A DNA stretch of 18,074 bases from Promethearchaeota archaeon (GTDB lineage Archaea; Asgardarchaeota; Lokiarchaeia; Sigyniarchaeales; SOKP01): contig JAFGGO010000161.1 of the NCBI GenBank assembly GCA_016930515.1, positions 1-18,074 of the forward strand, read 5' to 3'. A program made the position numbers and the translations under genes. Positions 15,919-18,074 of this stretch are shown here, one piece after another. Every line of letters begins with the position of its first letter. The stretch's first letter is position 1. Under the pieces are notes generated by a model. That model was not told the origin of the DNA. It saw nothing but the letters and a program-made list of their open reading frames with translations, and ran no database searches.

Positions 15919-16347
15919 TCATTCGGTTTTTTCTCTCGATTTAACAATAAAATCGTGCAGGCTCCTCTGTCGTTTTGAAACCCATTCCCGTATGAGTTCT
16001 GCGTCACTTTCAAATTTTGTTAATCCTAAAAAACCAATATCCTCAGTTATTTTCCTCAAGAAAACAACAGAATCGTCGTAATAAACCACTAATTCTTTAG
16101 GGTATCTTTCTGTATTTGAAAAAATTGTCAATTTGTTAAGGATTTCAACGATCCTTGCCGAATAACTCTTTAATTGGTACTCATCTTCGGCAACATATAT
16201 TAAAGGTAATCCCTTGAAACGCCCACCAATACCTATTATAGCAATGATTTGTGAACTAGTAAGGAAATGTAATTTCTTGAGTTCACCTTCGAACTCTTTT
16301 AAGGTCTCTAACTTATAATATTTGAATAATTTCAAGAATTTACCCAT
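15919..16347 (-). CDS. Divergent roadblock/profilin-like fold protein
   Basis: Helix - IIAII..GLPLIY - helix - ELVVYY/VVFLRKI/IGFLGL - helix pattern. GLPLI is shared with the roadblock half of the upstream gene. 2-nt gap from the upstream stop. Confidence 0.58.
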   Translation of the reverse strand: MGKFLKLFKYYKLETLKEFEGELKKLHFLTSSQIIAIIGIGGRFKGLPLIYVAEDEYQLKSYSARIVEILNKLTIFSNTERYPKELVVYYDDSVVFLRKITEDIGFLGLTKFESDAELIREWVSKRQRSLHDFIVKSREKTE

Positions 16348-16349
16348 TT

Positions 16350-17081
16350 TTAATACAACTTTTTTATATTATATGCAGCATCTTCTAATAATAGAGTGGC
16401 CAGACCTAATGGAGTGTCTTTTCTAATTAACATGGATAACACGTAATTATCGCTAACTTTAAACAAGATCAAGTGCCTTTGTTCATAGGATAGGATGATC
16501 TGATCCAATACATAATTTTTTGATTTCCAAAAAGCGTCTATCTGCCTCAAGCAGAGATCTAAATATTCTTTATTCCACCTGTGAATTAATGGTAAACCCG
16601 AAGAAATTGATATTATATCGCAGGCGAGTACTTCGGGATTTCTTCCTAAATTTTCTAAGATTTCCCGAACTTTTTCTATTTCCTCTTCAGTTACGCTTGC
16701 TTCCTCCCATTTTAACACTATTTTTTCAATAATTTCGCCTAATCCTATGAAATCTTCTGAGCAACATATTTCTTTGTCGATAACATCCTTATAAAAGGTC
16801 GTTATATAATCACGAATTTTACGTAATCTTTGTCGAACATTGATAATACTATCGGCTTTATCAAAAAATGCCGTAACTATAAAATTTTCGCCTATCTCAA
16901 AAAATAATCGTATTGGACCTAGTTCAATCTCTTCTATATCAGCTTTAAAGCTCATTTGTGTGAAAGAAAAAGCAGCAGAAATAAATCCGCTCGTGAGAGT
17001 TTCGTTCCAAGCATTTTCACCAAAAGTTTTGCTAAATATATTTTCTCCAGTTTTTTTCAAAATTAAGATAGAATGAATCAT
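16350..17081 (-). CDS. Longin domain - roadblock domain fusion protein
   Basis: The N-half MIHSILILKKTGENIFSKTF...LTSGFISAAFSF...IEEIEL...FIVTAF is longin-like. The C-half EILENL..PEVLACDIISISSGLPLI...TPLGLATLLLEDAA is roadblock-like. ATG 17081 is preferred over GTG 17093. Confidence 0.72.
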   Translation of the reverse strand: MIHSILILKKTGENIFSKTFGENAWNETLTSGFISAAFSFTQMSFKADIEEIELGPIRLFFEIGENFIVTAFFDKADSIINVRQRLRKIRDYITTFYKDVIDKEICCSEDFIGLGEIIEKIVLKWEEASVTEEEIEKVREILENLGRNPEVLACDIISISSGLPLIHRWNKEYLDLCLRQIDAFWKSKNYVLDQIILSYEQRHLILFKVSDNYVLSMLIRKDTPLGLATLLLEDAAYNIKKLY

Positions 17082-17099
17082 TTTTAGGAACACGCCAAG

Positions 17100-17576
17100 T
17101 TATATTTGAAATGTTATTTTGAAGATACAATCACACTTGTCAATTGCCCTTAATTTTTGACTTTCGAATTCGACTTTATTCATAGCCTTATTAGCGATCG
17201 TTTCTATTAATCCTTCGGTATAGGTACAATAAAACTTGTTGTCAATATTAATTCCAGCTTTCTTAAATGGACATGTTTTAAGAATTATGGTCATTTCGTT
17301 TCCCTTCACATCAATTAAAGCTTGATTTTCTCCCAAGGCCGGTTCAAAAACATCAGAAAGTAGTTTTTCTGCTAATTCTTGTACCGTCCAGCTTTTAATA
17401 TCATATTTCTCTCTAATTCTTTTTTCAGTTGTAGAACCTTGATTTTCACCAATCAAGCGAAAGATGGTTTGGATCGTTTCTGGACCCATAACATTGTTGA
17501 ATTCTTTCATAGACATTTGAAAAATCGATGCGATGAACTTTAGTTGTTTTATTCTCTTATCCATTTTCATCTTCAT
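17100..17576 (-). CDS. V4R / MetOD1-like (H-NOX/Bet3 fold) Cys-containing domain protein
   Basis: Pattern IFRLIGENQG ... TCPF ... YCTYTEGLIE ... KCDCIFKI. ATGA overlap with the upstream stop. GGTGA at 17577-17581 fits the ATG at 17570 best. Confidence 0.75.
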   Translation of the reverse strand: MKMKMDKRIKQLKFIASIFQMSMKEFNNVMGPETIQTIFRLIGENQGSTTEKRIREKYDIKSWTVQELAEKLLSDVFEPALGENQALIDVKGNEMTIILKTCPFKKAGINIDNKFYCTYTEGLIETIANKAMNKVEFESQKLRAIDKCDCIFKITFQI

Positions 17577-17947
17577 TCACCTGTTTTAAATACTTGACTT
17601 ATCTTCTTACTAATATCTTCCATTTCTAACGTGACAAGTCCTATATTTGGTTGAGGTTTTGTTATCGCAACGAGAATGACTCGTCCTGCCCCAATAAGAA
17701 ACATGTTCCCCTGATCTAATTCTAGATTCAAACTATTAAAATTACCATTAAAAAGTGCTTCTGCGCTTCTTTTGGATGTGCCCAACAGTGCTGCCGACAT
17801 CGCTGCGATCATTCTTTCGTTTGCTTCTTTAGGAAGTGCCGAAGCTACAATTAATCCATTTGTCCTAATGACAGCAGAACCTATAATATCTGACACTCTG
17901 TTTTCGAGTTCGTTTAAATATTTATTTACTCTTTCAATAATACTCAT
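17573..17947 (-). CDS. Roadblock/LC7 (MglB-like) protein
   Basis: SAVIRTNGLIVASALP...IAAMSAALLG...NIGLVTLEM is canonical Roadblock/LC7. Confidence 0.92.
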   Translation of the reverse strand: MSIIERVNKYLNELENRVSDIIGSAVIRTNGLIVASALPKEANERMIAAMSAALLGTSKRSAEALFNGNFNSLNLELDQGNMFLIGAGRVILVAITKPQPNIGLVTLEMEDISKKISQVFKTGE

Positions 17948-18074
17948 GACAAACGCTCTAAGAAATTAATGTAGTGGCGAAAAATCATTTCTCTATGTAT
18001 GTTAAAAATTACCTGCTTATTATTCTTTCTATCGGAGCATTAAACAAGCAATATTTTAGTAAAAAATTTAATAT

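Noticed and set aside
1-18074. CRISPR array, tRNA/rRNA, IS elements, selenocysteine readthrough
   Set aside because: No regularly spaced repeats, cloverleaf, transposase or in-frame TGA-split gene seen by eye.

Overview
AT-rich archaeal-type window, most likely from an Asgard archaeon (Lokiarchaeia-like). This is inferred from the longin and roadblock genes, a PGF-type C-terminal sorting signal, a PINA ATPase, a tRNA-splicing endonuclease subunit and GGTGA ribosome-binding sites. From left to right: a GT-C-fold membrane glycosyltransferase running off the left edge (missing from the ORF track); a 1256-aa internally duplicated surface glycoprotein; an AlkC-like HEAT-repeat protein; a membrane-anchored long coiled-coil protein; an APC permease; a PHP hydrolase; a sirtuin resembling eukaryotic SIRT6/7; two hypothetical genes, the first probably ATA-initiated; a PINA ATPase lacking the GxxG KH domain, tightly linked to a probably non-catalytic EndA subunit; an orphan HycI-like protease. 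The right end holds a compact minus-strand operon (roadblock, V4R/Bet3-fold, longin-roadblock fusion, divergent roadblock, small helical protein). It combines the fold types of the eukaryotic TRAPP and Ragulator complexes and is the best candidate for an undescribed system. No tRNA, rRNA, CRISPR array or transposase was seen. All family calls come from motif recognition by eye; no searches were run.
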